64,000 nt of DNA from Leptolyngbyaceae cyanobacterium MAG.088 (GTDB lineage Bacteria; Cyanobacteriota; Cyanobacteriia; Phormidesmidales; Phormidesmidaceae): positions 3,246 to 67,245 of the forward strand of contig JAHQVZ010000098.1 of NCBI GenBank assembly GCA_019634055.1, read 5' to 3'. Position numbers and translations under genes: made by a program. The notes below the pieces were generated by a model. That model was not told the origin of the DNA. It ran no database searches and saw only the letters and a program-made list of their open reading frames with translations. Shown here one piece after another: positions 50,258 to 60,453 of this stretch (positions are counted from its first letter, which is position 1; every line of letters begins with the position of its first letter).

Positions 50258-52273
50258 CTATTCGATCGCCTCGTAATCTGCTGTAATAGTTGCATCAAAG
50301 TCAAACTCCGGCTCATCTTCTAATAGATCGATCGCCTCAGGTGTGGCTGCTGGTGCAGGTTCATCATTTGAAGCCACCTCTGAACTCTCTACAGGTTCAA
50401 AGGATTCAGACGGCGACATATCCGGAGTTGTCTCGTCCATAGCAATGTCATAATTGTCGTCACTGGCCTGCCGATAGACCTCGGCACCAATGGCATAAAC
50501 AATCTGCTGCAAGGCATCTAATGCTATCTGCAGTTCCTCAGGCGTAATATCCTTATTGTCTAAAGCTGCCCGAAGTGCTACCTCTGATTCTTGAGCTTGG
50601 ACTTTACGCTCATCGCTGATCCACTCAGCATTTTCTCGCATCGTCGATTCATAGCTATAGAAGAGGGTATCTGCCTTATTCTTCATCTCAGCTACTACCT
50701 TGCGGCGTTCGTCATCATCAGCATAAGCCTCTGCTTCCTCACGCATCTTCTCGATTTCACTAGACGTTAAACCGCCTGTGTTAGTAATGCGAATGCTCTG
50801 AGCTCGGCCCGTACCTTTATCCTTAGCCGCAATCTGCAAAATTCCGTCAGCGTCAATTTCAAAGGACACCTCAATTTGCGGAATTCCCCTCGGTGCAGGA
50901 GGTATTCCAGTTAACTCAAACCGTCCAAGACTCTTATTATCTCGTGCCATAGCACGTTCACCCTGGAGTGCGTGTACTTCTACAGACGTCTGCCCATCAG
51001 TTGCTGTAGAAAACGTTTGTGACTTGCTTGTCGGAATCGTAGTATTTCGTTCAATCACCTTGGTAAATACTTCGCCTAAGGTTTCAATACCAAGAGATAG
51101 AGGGGTTACGTCTAGCAGTAATAAATCCTTAACTTCACCCCCTAACACACCAGCTTGGATGGATGCCCCTAGGGCTACCGCCTCATCTGGATTCACAGAA
51201 CGATCCGGTGTTTTGCCGTCAAAATATTCAGTAATTGCCTTTTGCACCGCTGGAATTCGTGTCGAACCCCCCACCAGTAGAATTCGATCAATATCGCTTG
51301 GAGTGAGTTCTGCATCTTTCAAAGCCTGACCAACCGGTTCTAAGGTTGCTTCAACTAAAGGCTTTGCTAATTCTTCAAACTTGGTGCGTGATAGCTCAGA
51401 TTCTAGATGTTTAGGACCAGTTTCATCCGCCGCAATAAACGGCAAATTAATTGAGGTGGTTGTACGACTTGAAAGCTCGATCTTGGCTTTCTCTGCCGCT
51501 TCACGAATACGTTGGAGGGCCATGCGGTCAGCAGATAGATCCACACCTTCTTGTTCACGAAATTGCTCTAATAAAGCCGTCACAATGCTGTTATCAAAAT
51601 CATCTCCACCCAGATGATTATTACCAGACGTAGCCTTTACTTCGAAAACACCATCGCCAAGCTGCAATATAGAGACATCAAATGTTCCACCACCTAAGTC
51701 AAAAACCAGAACAGTCTGGTCCTGATCGAGCTTGTCAAGGCCATAGGAAAGAGCTGCTGCCGTCGGCTCATTAATAATTCGCAACACTTCGAGACCAGCA
51801 ATCTTACCAGAGTCTTTTGTTGCTTGACGTTGAGCGTCCGTAAAATAGGCAGGTACGGTAATTACTGCCTGCGTAACTTCCTCACCAAGATAAGCTTCCG
51901 CATCCTGCTTCAGTTTCTGCAATGTCATAGCAGAAACTTCTTGAGGGGTATAAGCTTTACCACGAATTAAGACATCGACTGTGTCATCCTTGCCGCGTAC
52001 ACAGGTGTAAGGCACTCTCGATCGTTCACTGTTAGTATCATCCCAGCGACGACCAATGAATCGCTTAATGCTATACACAGTATTCTCAGCATTCGTAACC
52101 GCCTGACGCTTAGCTAATTGGCCTACGAGCCGTTCACCATTCTTGGCAAAGCCAACAATGCTCGGCATCGTTCGACCACCCTCTGTATTAGTAATTACTT
52201 CAGGTTTGCCACCTTCTAAAACAGCAACACAGCTGTTTGTAGTTCCCAAATCAATGCCAATAACTTTACCCAT
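50258..52273 (-). CDS. dnaK: chaperone DnaK (Hsp70) with an acidic C-terminal extension
   Basis: It carries [19 protein letters not shown] and [11 protein letters not shown]. Length is 671 aa. Confidence 0.97.
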   Translation of the reverse strand: MGKVIGIDLGTTNSCVAVLEGGKPEVITNTEGGRTMPSIVGFAKNGERLVGQLAKRQAVTNAENTVYSIKRFIGRRWDDTNSERSRVPYTCVRGKDDTVDVLIRGKAYTPQEVSAMTLQKLKQDAEAYLGEEVTQAVITVPAYFTDAQRQATKDSGKIAGLEVLRIINEPTAAALSYGLDKLDQDQTVLVFDLGGGTFDVSILQLGDGVFEVKATSGNNHLGGDDFDNSIVTALLEQFREQEGVDLSADRMALQRIREAAEKAKIELSSRTTTSINLPFIAADETGPKHLESELSRTKFEELAKPLVEATLEPVGQALKDAELTPSDIDRILLVGGSTRIPAVQKAITEYFDGKTPDRSVNPDEAVALGASIQAGVLGGEVKDLLLLDVTPLSLGIETLGEVFTKVIERNTTIPTSKSQTFSTATDGQTSVEVHALQGERAMARDNKSLGRFELTGIPPAPRGIPQIEVSFEIDADGILQIAAKDKGTGRAQSIRITNTGGLTSSEIEKMREEAEAYADDDERRKVVAEMKNKADTLFYSYESTMRENAEWISDERKVQAQESEVALRAALDNKDITPEELQIALDALQQIVYAIGAEVYRQASDDNYDIAMDETTPDMSPSESFEPVESSEVASNDEPAPAATPEAIDLLEDEPEFDFDATITADYEAIE

Positions 52274-52682
52274 CTGAGAGTCTGCTTACTCCAGAAAATC
52301 ACACAATTCTAAAAAATAGATATCCATGAAACATGGACGCTAGCTTGATCAGTAAACCCGTATCTCTAAAAAAAACTATAGAGCTGGCATAAGCCTTTTT
52401 ATAAGGATGCACTAGCTACAAGCAAGCGTTAGCTCTATGGATTAACCGATATATAAGCTTAAGTAAAAAAATGCTATATGGTTACACCCTGCTCATAACA
52501 CAACTTACAGAACAAACTGCAATCAGCACTAAAGTGCGTAGGTTACTTTTCAATATAAATACAATACCCAAAACCATAAACTCTAACAAAGTACCTTGAT
52601 ATTCAAGAAAGCTTCATAACTGAGCTAGTGTTAATTATCAAATCAGTTAGGTTTGGGCATTTTATCCTTTTCGATGTCAAGG

Positions 52683-53402
52683 CTAGTCCTCTAAGGGAGT
52701 AGCAACCTTAACCATGGCATGGCGCAAAATTCGTTCACCTAAAACATAACCCCTGACCAACTCTTCAATCACCGTACCATCAGCATGTTCATCGGTTGGT
52801 TCGCGCATTACAGCTTCATGTAAGTTTGGATCAAACTCTTTGCCCTCTGCACGCATTGGGGCCACTCCTATGCGCTTTAATGCTTCAACCAACTGTTTGT
52901 AAACACTCTGATAGCTCTTATGAACAGTCATTTCACCATCATTTTGAGGCTTGATCTGAGCACGAGCTCGCTCAAAATTGTCTACGACCTCTAACATATT
53001 GCTGATCGTATTGCATTTAACCTGCAGTTCAAGATCTTCCTTCTCTCGACTTGTACGCTTACGAAAATTTTCAAAATCAGCCGTGAGTCTTAGATATTGA
53101 TTATTTCTGTCTTCAAGCTGAGCCTTAAGCTGGACTACTTGCTCTTCTAAGGCAGAGACACTTACGTCATTACCAGTATCGGAGATCTCTGGGCTTTCAA
53201 CACCGTCTGCTGCCGCTTCATCATCAGAGGCAACCTCGGAAAATTCATTTGCAAAATCAATATCAATATCGGCGTCTTCTACTTTAAGCTCTTCAATACC
53301 TGTATCCACCTCACGGTCAGAGTTAGAGGCTTCATTTTCCTCAATAGAACTGCTTTCAGCGGAATTAATATTTTCTGCTGGATTAACGTCCTCTACCATC
53401 AT
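52683..53402 (-). CDS. grpE: nucleotide exchange factor GrpE
   Basis: It has an acidic N-terminus, RLTADFENFRKR, and a C-terminal beta domain (VLGERILRHAMVKV). Confidence 0.93.
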   Translation of the reverse strand: MMVEDVNPAENINSAESSSIEENEASNSDREVDTGIEELKVEDADIDIDFANEFSEVASDDEAAADGVESPEISDTGNDVSVSALEEQVVQLKAQLEDRNNQYLRLTADFENFRKRTSREKEDLELQVKCNTISNMLEVVDNFERARAQIKPQNDGEMTVHKSYQSVYKQLVEALKRIGVAPMRAEGKEFDPNLHEAVMREPTDEHADGTVIEELVRGYVLGERILRHAMVKVATPLED

Positions 53403-53866
53403 TTAACCTCATCAATAACAGAACACAGAAGGTGCATTATTATTGCCTTAGACGCTGATATTGTAAGCGAGTTGCACCATTTTAAGACCCTCTACTTATA
53501 TAAAGGGTTTAGACGAAAACCTTTATTTTTGGCCTAATGGCGATTCGAACACCAACCTAATCTGTAGTCCTTTAAACATCTTAGACGTATCACAATAGTG
53601 CATTTTGCAACGTAATGACTATATAAAACTAGGATGCACTTTGCCATAATTTTTGCTCTGATAGTTACTATCACTGAACAATAGTCCCCACTCCAGCTAG
53701 CTGGATGCTATTGTTCAAGCTATTATCGGGAAATGGAGCAGCTATTTACAGCTATATGCTGCGATATTCAGGAATATTTCCAATCCATAAAATATGGACA
53801 TTCCTGAACCTGTCTACACAAAAGCGTTTTGTGGGCAACCTTCTGTAAGGATTTTCTGCGGCGACT

Positions 53867-55876
53867 ATGACAAATTCCTCATCATCTCGGAAAGCGCTTG
53901 TTCTACAAAGAAGCTTTTCACCATTTAGTAACCAGCTTATCCAGGCAGGTTATGTTGATACTGACCAAATGCAGCAAGCATTGGTTGACAGTCGAAAGTC
54001 AGGACGCTCGTTAACAGATGTACTAGAATCTTTGACGGGGCAGCAGCTAAGTCCAGAACTTTTAAGGCAGTATAAAAAGCAACAGCTATTTGAGCTTAAG
54101 ATTCTCTATGGTGTTGAGTCCTTAGACCCTGAAATTGAAAGTGTTTCTGAGACAAAAGTTGGTCATCTGATTGATGAGTTGATTCCAGTCGATATATGTC
54201 GTCGCCATCGATTGCTACCACTTTCTCGAACTGATGATCAAACGGGCGTTTCCACTATCCTCGTGGCGATGGTGGATCCAGAGAATTTAGAAGCTCAGGA
54301 TGATTTAAACCGTATTCTACGCCCCAAAAATCTGAAGCTACGCCGCATGGTAATCACCGTTGAGGATTATCAACGGATGATTTCAGCCTATTTAGATGAT
54401 CAAGTTGCGAAGGAAAAACAGCGCGATTTTGAGCAAGCTGTTGATGTTAACGCTAACTTAGAAGATCTAGACCTGGATGATACAGGTCTTGAAGATGTCC
54501 TGGACGAGGAAGCGGATTTAAGCACAGCGGTTCAGGATGCGGGTGCGGCCCCTGTTATTGCATTAGTTAATAAGATATTGGTTAAAGCCCTGCAGGAAGG
54601 GACTTCTGATATTCATATTGAACCGCAGGAAGAATTTTTACGCATTCGTTTTCGCCGTGATGGCGTTTTACGTCAGGCTTTTCAGAGGTTTCCTAAAAAG
54701 ATTATCCCGGCGGTTACAGCCCGTTTAAAAATTATTGCCGACCTAGATATTGCTGAACGACGCATTCCTCAAGATGGTCGAATTCGGCGGGTCTTTCAGG
54801 GGCGTAAAGTTGACTTTCGAGTCAGTACTATCCCTAGTCGCTATGGTGAGAAAGTCGTTTTACGAATTTTAGATAATACAAATACACAGCTTGGTCTAGA
54901 TAAATTGATTACGGACGATGACACTCTCAATATTGTCCGGGATATGACTAAGTCTCCCTACGGTCTGATTCTAGTGACAGGTCCTACAGGGTCAGGTAAA
55001 ACGACAACTCTGTATTCAGTTTTATCGGAACGTAATGATCCAAGTATCAATATCAGTACTGCGGAAGATCCGATTGAATATGCGTTGCCGGGGATTACCC
55101 AAGTTCAGGTCATTCGTGAAAAAGGTATTGATTTTTCAATGCTTTTACGGGCATTTCTGCGACAAGATCCCGATGTTATTTTGGTTGGTGAGACCCGTGA
55201 TACGGAAACTGCGAAAACCGCTATTGAGGCCGCTCTTACTGGTCACTTGGTGTTAACCACGCTACATACCAACGATGCGGCAGGTGCTATTTCCCGTTTG
55301 AGTGAAATGGAAGTTGAAGCATTCCAGGTGTCTAGTTCGTTGATTGGTGTACTTGCTCAGCGTCTTGTACGCAAAGTATGTAGTGATTGTCGAATAGCCT
55401 ACTCACCTAGTAGTGAAGAGTTAGCTCGATTTGGCTTAAGTTCATCTGGTAGTGATATTAAGTTTTACCGTGCCAACACAATAACGCCAGATCAAGCTGA
55501 CGCGGCCCAAAATGCAGGGTCGCTTTGTCAAACGTGTCAGGGCTCAGGCTATAAAGGTCGAGTCGGTGTATATGAAGTGATGCGTATAACCGAAAACATA
55601 CAGAAGATGATTTCGGACGGTGCTCCGGCAGAACATATTAAAGAGGCTGCTGTTCAAGAAGGTATGCAAACGTTGTTGGCGTACAGTCTTAACTTGGTTG
55701 AGCAAGGGTATACCACCTTAGATGAGGTGGAGCGAGTTACCTTTACTGACACTGGCTTAGAAGCTGAGCTGAAGGCTAAACGTAAGAGTGTTTTGAGCTG
55801 TTCTACCTGTAGTGCGGAGCTACATCATGACTGGTTAGATTGTCCTTACTGTCTGACACCCCGCTTTCAAAAATAG
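53867..55876 (+). CDS. pilB: type IV pilus assembly ATPase PilB (GspE family)
   Basis: It has a T2SSE N-domain, Walker A GPTGSGKTTT, an Asp box, Walker B, a His box, a tetracysteine motif, and an extra C-terminal CxxC..CxxC. Confidence 0.93.
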   Translation: MTNSSSSRKALVLQRSFSPFSNQLIQAGYVDTDQMQQALVDSRKSGRSLTDVLESLTGQQLSPELLRQYKKQQLFELKILYGVESLDPEIESVSETKVGHLIDELIPVDICRRHRLLPLSRTDDQTGVSTILVAMVDPENLEAQDDLNRILRPKNLKLRRMVITVEDYQRMISAYLDDQVAKEKQRDFEQAVDVNANLEDLDLDDTGLEDVLDEEADLSTAVQDAGAAPVIALVNKILVKALQEGTSDIHIEPQEEFLRIRFRRDGVLRQAFQRFPKKIIPAVTARLKIIADLDIAERRIPQDGRIRRVFQGRKVDFRVSTIPSRYGEKVVLRILDNTNTQLGLDKLITDDDTLNIVRDMTKSPYGLILVTGPTGSGKTTTLYSVLSERNDPSINISTAEDPIEYALPGITQVQVIREKGIDFSMLLRAFLRQDPDVILVGETRDTETAKTAIEAALTGHLVLTTLHTNDAAGAISRLSEMEVEAFQVSSSLIGVLAQRLVRKVCSDCRIAYSPSSEELARFGLSSSGSDIKFYRANTITPDQADAAQNAGSLCQTCQGSGYKGRVGVYEVMRITENIQKMISDGAPAEHIKEAAVQEGMQTLLAYSLNLVEQGYTTLDEVERVTFTDTGLEAELKAKRKSVLSCSTCSAELHHDWLDCPYCLTPRFQK

Positions 55877-56011
55877 TTAGCTGGGTTGAACAAATGTAAT
55901 TCACAACAGCAGAGTGGGTACAATCATCACCATTACTGGCATATAGCTTGCTATTTCTTTCCTATCTTTTTGCTTATAACGATTTCGTAGATATCTACCT
56001 GAGGTGGCTCC

Positions 56012-57154
56012 ATGGAAATGATGATCGAAGACTTAATGGAAGAAGTGGTTGAGCGAGGTGGTTCTGACCTCCACCTTTCAGCGGGCTTACCCCCTTATAT
56101 TCGGGTCAGTGGTCACCTCACGCCCACTGAACATCCACCCATGACGCCTGAGCAATGTCAGCGATTAATTTTTAGCATGCTCAATAATACTCAGCGGAAG
56201 CATCTAGAGCAAAATTGGGAATTGGACTGTTCGTATGGTGTTAAAGGGTTGGCGCGCTTTCGGGTCAATGTCTATAAGGATAGAGGTACTTACGCCGCTT
56301 GTCTGAGGGCACTGAGTTCTAAGATTCCCAGTGCTGAATTACTAGGTTTGCCGGATATTGTCATTGAGCTGGCCCGTAAACCTCGTGGTCTGATTTTGGT
56401 GACGGGGCCAACGGGATCTGGCAAGTCAACCACATTGGCTTCAATGATTAATGACATTAATCACACCAGGGCTGAGCATATTCTGACGGTTGAAGATCCG
56501 ATTGAATTTGTCTATGAACCCATCAAGAGTTTGATTCATCAACGTCAGATTGGTGAAGATACTAAGAGTTTTGCTAATGCACTTAGGGCTGCGCTACGGG
56601 AAGACCCTGATGTCATTCTGGTGGGTGAGATGCGGGATTTAGAAACCATCTCTCTAGCGATTTCAGCTGCAGAAACAGGTCACCTTGTCTTTGGTACCTT
56701 ACACACTAGTTCGGCTGCGCAAACTGTGGATCGAATGGTTGATGTGTTTCCACCTGAACAGCAGCAGCAAGTGCGTGTGCAGCTTTCTGGCTCTTTGGTT
56801 GCAGTTCTTAGTCAAACACTAGTTCCTAAGGCGAATCCTAAGCCAGGTGAGTTTGGTCGGGTGATGGCCCAAGAGATTATGGTGGTTACGCCAGCGATTT
56901 CTAACCTGATTAGAGAAGGGAAAACGGCTCAAATTTATGGTGCTATTCAAACGGGTGCTAAGTTAGGCATGCAAACCTTAGAAATGGTTTTAGCTGATCT
57001 ACACAAGGCTGGCACTATCAGTTTTGAAAATGCTATCGGTAAGTCGTCCCGTGCTGACGAACTACAAAGGTTGATCAATGCCGGGGGGGCCGGCACGACG
57101 AATAAAGGTCAGGCACAGCGCGGGCGTCCTGCTACAGGTGGTTTACGTCGTTAG
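56012..57154 (+). CDS. pilT: twitching-motility retraction ATPase PilT
   Basis: It carries GPTGSGKSTT, ILVGEMRD, and AQEIMVVTPAISNLIREGK (the PilT AIRNLIRE-like motif). Confidence 0.95.
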   Translation: MEMMIEDLMEEVVERGGSDLHLSAGLPPYIRVSGHLTPTEHPPMTPEQCQRLIFSMLNNTQRKHLEQNWELDCSYGVKGLARFRVNVYKDRGTYAACLRALSSKIPSAELLGLPDIVIELARKPRGLILVTGPTGSGKSTTLASMINDINHTRAEHILTVEDPIEFVYEPIKSLIHQRQIGEDTKSFANALRAALREDPDVILVGEMRDLETISLAISAAETGHLVFGTLHTSSAAQTVDRMVDVFPPEQQQQVRVQLSGSLVAVLSQTLVPKANPKPGEFGRVMAQEIMVVTPAISNLIREGKTAQIYGAIQTGAKLGMQTLEMVLADLHKAGTISFENAIGKSSRADELQRLINAGGAGTTNKGQAQRGRPATGGLRR

Positions 57155-57278
57155 AACAAGAAAATTTCGGGTTAGACTATTGCTTTCTACTCGAAATTGG
57201 GGGTTGCCTAAAAATTAGGTGACGCTGTATAAAGCCTTCAATGACCGCTAAGCATAAAAAATTGCAGAGGTAAAACCT

Positions 57279-58502
57279 ATGCCTACCTACGTTGCCACAG
57301 GGCGAGATACTACGGGCCGTACCCGACGGGAGAAAGTGGTCGCGGAATCACCGGGTGAAGCTCGGACAATGCTCAAGGAACGTGGAGTGTATATTCAGAG
57401 CATCAAGCAGGAGCGAACGCTGAGTTTTAACTTGGAGGATATAAAAACCTCTTTAGTTAAAGTCTCGGTAAAAGATAAAGCTGTTTTTTCGCGTCAGTTT
57501 GCGGCTCTGGTAAATGCAGGCGTGGGCTTGGTCCGAGGAATTGGCATTTTAGGTGAACAGTGTCCGAATCCTAAGTTGAAAAAAGCACTGCTAGCAATCA
57601 ATGCTGACGTACAGCAGGGCAATAATTTGTCTGACTCAATGCGTAAGCATCCATCTAGTTTCGACTTACTGTACGTCAGTATGGTGCAGGCTGGCGAAGT
57701 CGGTGGTGTATTGGATGAAGTCTTAAATCGTCTCGCTAAGCTTTTAGAAGATCTAAACCGATTGCAGAATCAGATCAAGTCTGCAATGGCTTATCCAGTA
57801 ACGGTGGGTGTACTGGCTGTCACTATTTTTCTGGGGATGACAATATTTTTGTTGCCCATTTTTGAAAATATTTTTACTGAATTAGGGGCAGAGTTACCAG
57901 GGTTTACGCAATTTATGATTAACATCAGCCGGTTTTTGCGTAACCCGGTGCTGGTTTTCATAACTATTGCAGTATTGATCGTAGCTGGTTTTCTCTATCG
58001 CCAGTATTACAAAACACGGGCAGGTCGAGAGACTATGGACCGGATATTTTTGAAACTTCCTTTATTTGGAGATCTGGTTCAAAAATCTGCAACTGCAAGG
58101 TTTTGTCGTACATTCGGTTCTCTCTCTCGTTCTGGTGTGCCGATTTTGACAGCGTTGGAAATTGTGCGGGATACATCGGGTAACCAAGTAATTGCCAATG
58201 CGATTGAAGAGGCGCGCTCAGAAATTCAGACTGGCGGCATGATTAGTCTGGCTTTGCAAAGGCACCAGGTTTTTCCGGTAATGGCAATTCAGATGATTAG
58301 CATTGGTGAGGAAACTGGTGAATTGGACCAAATGTTGATGAAGGTCGCGGATTTTTACGAAGATGAGGTTGAGCAGGCGGTTAAGGCTTTGACCAGCATT
58401 ATGGAGCCAATCATGATTATTGTTCTTGGTGGTATGGTGGGTTCGATCTTGGTGGCTATGTATTTGCCTATCTTTGCTCTACCAAACGCAGTGGGTGGTT
58501 AA
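57279..58502 (+). CDS. pilC: type IV pilus platform protein PilC (GspF family)
   Basis: 407 aa with two GspF-type repeats and three TMs. It follows pilB-pilT. Confidence 0.92.
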   Translation: MPTYVATGRDTTGRTRREKVVAESPGEARTMLKERGVYIQSIKQERTLSFNLEDIKTSLVKVSVKDKAVFSRQFAALVNAGVGLVRGIGILGEQCPNPKLKKALLAINADVQQGNNLSDSMRKHPSSFDLLYVSMVQAGEVGGVLDEVLNRLAKLLEDLNRLQNQIKSAMAYPVTVGVLAVTIFLGMTIFLLPIFENIFTELGAELPGFTQFMINISRFLRNPVLVFITIAVLIVAGFLYRQYYKTRAGRETMDRIFLKLPLFGDLVQKSATARFCRTFGSLSRSGVPILTALEIVRDTSGNQVIANAIEEARSEIQTGGMISLALQRHQVFPVMAIQMISIGEETGELDQMLMKVADFYEDEVEQAVKALTSIMEPIMIIVLGGMVGSILVAMYLPIFALPNAVGG

Positions 58503-58563
58503 AAATCAGCATCTAGAAAATTTAAGGGTCCAATATCCTTTCAGGTATTTGGCAACATCATAG

Positions 58564-58597
58564 AGCAGAGGCCAGTTTTATAAAACTGGCCTCTGCT
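58564..58597. terminator. perfect 34-nt palindrome between convergent pilC and the ABC exporter gene
   Basis: AGCAGAGGCCAGTTTTA|TAAAACTGGCCTCTGCT. It abuts the exporter stop codon at 58598. Confidence 0.65.
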
Positions 58598-60346
58598 TTA
58601 TTGGAGAACTTCTTTGAGTTTGTGCTGGTTCCAGAGCTGTTGGTAGAGGCCGGTCTGAGTGACTAAGCTATTGTGGTTGCCGGTCTGGACTATATGCCCT
58701 TGGTTCATTACGATGATGCGATCGCAATTTGCCGCTGCTGACATTTGATGGGTAATAAATATAACGGTCTTGCGCTGAGTCCCATGGGACAGGTTGTCTA
58801 AAATTTGAGTCGCTGTTTGGTTGTCAACGCTAGACAAGGCATCATCTAGAACCAAAATCGGTGCATCCACCAGTAATGCCCGTCCCAACGCCGTGCGTTG
58901 CCGTTGACCTCCGGATAAAGTGATGCCCCGCTCCCCCACGACCGTGTCGTATTGGTTTGGGAAGTTTAAAATTTCGCTTTGAATCTGGGCTGATTTTGCC
59001 GCTTGCTCAATTTCAGGCATTTCCGCCAAAGGGACCCCGTACCGGAGATTATTTTTGACTTTTGTACTAAACAAAAAACTGTCCTGAGGCACAAAGGCAA
59101 TTGCTCGGCGTAAATCCGGTAGAGCTACTTGGGTAACATCGTGATTATCAATAAACAATTGCTCTTTATCAATTTCTAAAATTCGAGGTAAGGCTTTTGC
59201 TAGGGTAGATTTACCTGAGCCGATGGGGCCAACTAGAGCTACTGTCTCACCTGGTTCAATGGTAAATGAGATATCTTGAATGGCCGGTTTATCAGTGCCA
59301 GGATATTGATAAGTTAAACCATTAGCCTTGAGTTGACCGGTTATTTCGGTGACTGGCAACGAGGATGCCTCAGCCGCAGTTGCCACTTTAGGCTGTGATG
59401 CAAAAATGGCTTCGATTCTATCAACACTGACCTCACCTCGCTGATAAGACGTAATCGTAAACCCTAAGAGAGCAGTCGGAAAAACGAGATTATTGACATA
59501 GAGTAAGAGCGTCACAAAATTTCCAACGGCCAGCGTCCCTGCTGCAATGCTGCGGGCTCCTACTGCCAAAATAACAACTAAACTAAGACTCGCTAAACCA
59601 CCCAGGAGAGGAAAAAGAGTATTTCGGGTACGTGCTAATAATAGATTGGCCTCTAGCACTGCATCATTACGCCGGGCAAAGGCTTCTTGCTCATTGGTTT
59701 CCTGAGCGTAAATTTTGATTAATCCAATACCACTCATGTCTTCTTGAATGAGGGTGCTCAGCTCGGACAGAGACTGCTGTACATCTAACTGTTCTTGCCG
59801 GAGACGATTACTAAAGGAGCCTACCAATAGCATCATTAGTGGATAAATCGCTAAGGCGACCAGTGTTAATCGCACACTGATTCGCAACATAGCAGGCACA
59901 GTAAAGCTATAGGCAAATAAAATATTCGCCAAACTGAGCACCGAAAACCCGAGTAAACGCCGAACGTTATCTACATCGCTAGTCGCTCGATTAATCAGAT
60001 CCCCAATGGTATTTTCTGCAAAATAGGCAGGTTCTAAAGACAGCAAGTGTTCAAAAATACGCTGTTTTAGATCAAACTCGACTTTGCGCCCCACCCCAAA
60101 GATCATCACTCGTGAGGCCATACGAATACCCCACATAACTGTTGCTAAGGCTAAAATTAACACCACATAGCGCAAGATGGTGCCCTGGCTGAGCGTAATT
60201 TTGAGTCGTTCAACGACATCACCAATAATTAGGGGAATCCAAACACTCAGGATATTAACGACTAAGAGAGCCCCGATGCCTACGGCAAGCTGTTGCCGAT
60301 GGGGGCGAAGATAGCTGGTTAAATATTGCAGTCTAGACTGTGCCAT
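58598..60346 (-). CDS. ABC exporter, fused permease/ATPase (MsbA/MdlB-like)
   Basis: It has a six-TM N-terminal half, Walker A GPIGSGKST, signature LSGGQRQR, and Walker B LVLDDA. Confidence 0.9.
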   Translation of the reverse strand: MAQSRLQYLTSYLRPHRQQLAVGIGALLVVNILSVWIPLIIGDVVERLKITLSQGTILRYVVLILALATVMWGIRMASRVMIFGVGRKVEFDLKQRIFEHLLSLEPAYFAENTIGDLINRATSDVDNVRRLLGFSVLSLANILFAYSFTVPAMLRISVRLTLVALAIYPLMMLLVGSFSNRLRQEQLDVQQSLSELSTLIQEDMSGIGLIKIYAQETNEQEAFARRNDAVLEANLLLARTRNTLFPLLGGLASLSLVVILAVGARSIAAGTLAVGNFVTLLLYVNNLVFPTALLGFTITSYQRGEVSVDRIEAIFASQPKVATAAEASSLPVTEITGQLKANGLTYQYPGTDKPAIQDISFTIEPGETVALVGPIGSGKSTLAKALPRILEIDKEQLFIDNHDVTQVALPDLRRAIAFVPQDSFLFSTKVKNNLRYGVPLAEMPEIEQAAKSAQIQSEILNFPNQYDTVVGERGITLSGGQRQRTALGRALLVDAPILVLDDALSSVDNQTATQILDNLSHGTQRKTVIFITHQMSAAANCDRIIVMNQGHIVQTGNHNSLVTQTGLYQQLWNQHKLKEVLQ

Positions 60347-60453
60347 AAAAGTACTCGAAACGCATTTGCAGCCGTGGCTGCTTAACTATCGTAGTACCCT
60401 AATGGCAAGGTTGGTGGCTAGAGCTTATCCATCAATGTGTTAGACAATGAAGC

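Noticed and set aside
52274-52682. I searched for a CIRCE/HrcA operator or another heat-shock element upstream of dnaK.
   Set aside because: Only short dyads are present (TCCATG-aaa-CATGGA near 52330; AGCACT-aaa-GTGC near 52521). Nothing is close to the CIRCE consensus.
53531-53587. A tRNA-like fragment on the minus strand, with a T-arm TGGTG-TTCGAAT-CGCCA followed by a 7-nt acceptor-like TTAGGCC and A. I considered a possible tRNA gene or att-site remnant.
   Set aside because: I could not fold a D-arm or anticodon arm. The only partial 5' acceptor match gives a molecule of about 57 nt, so it is probably coincidental. tRNAscan or Infernal would settle it.
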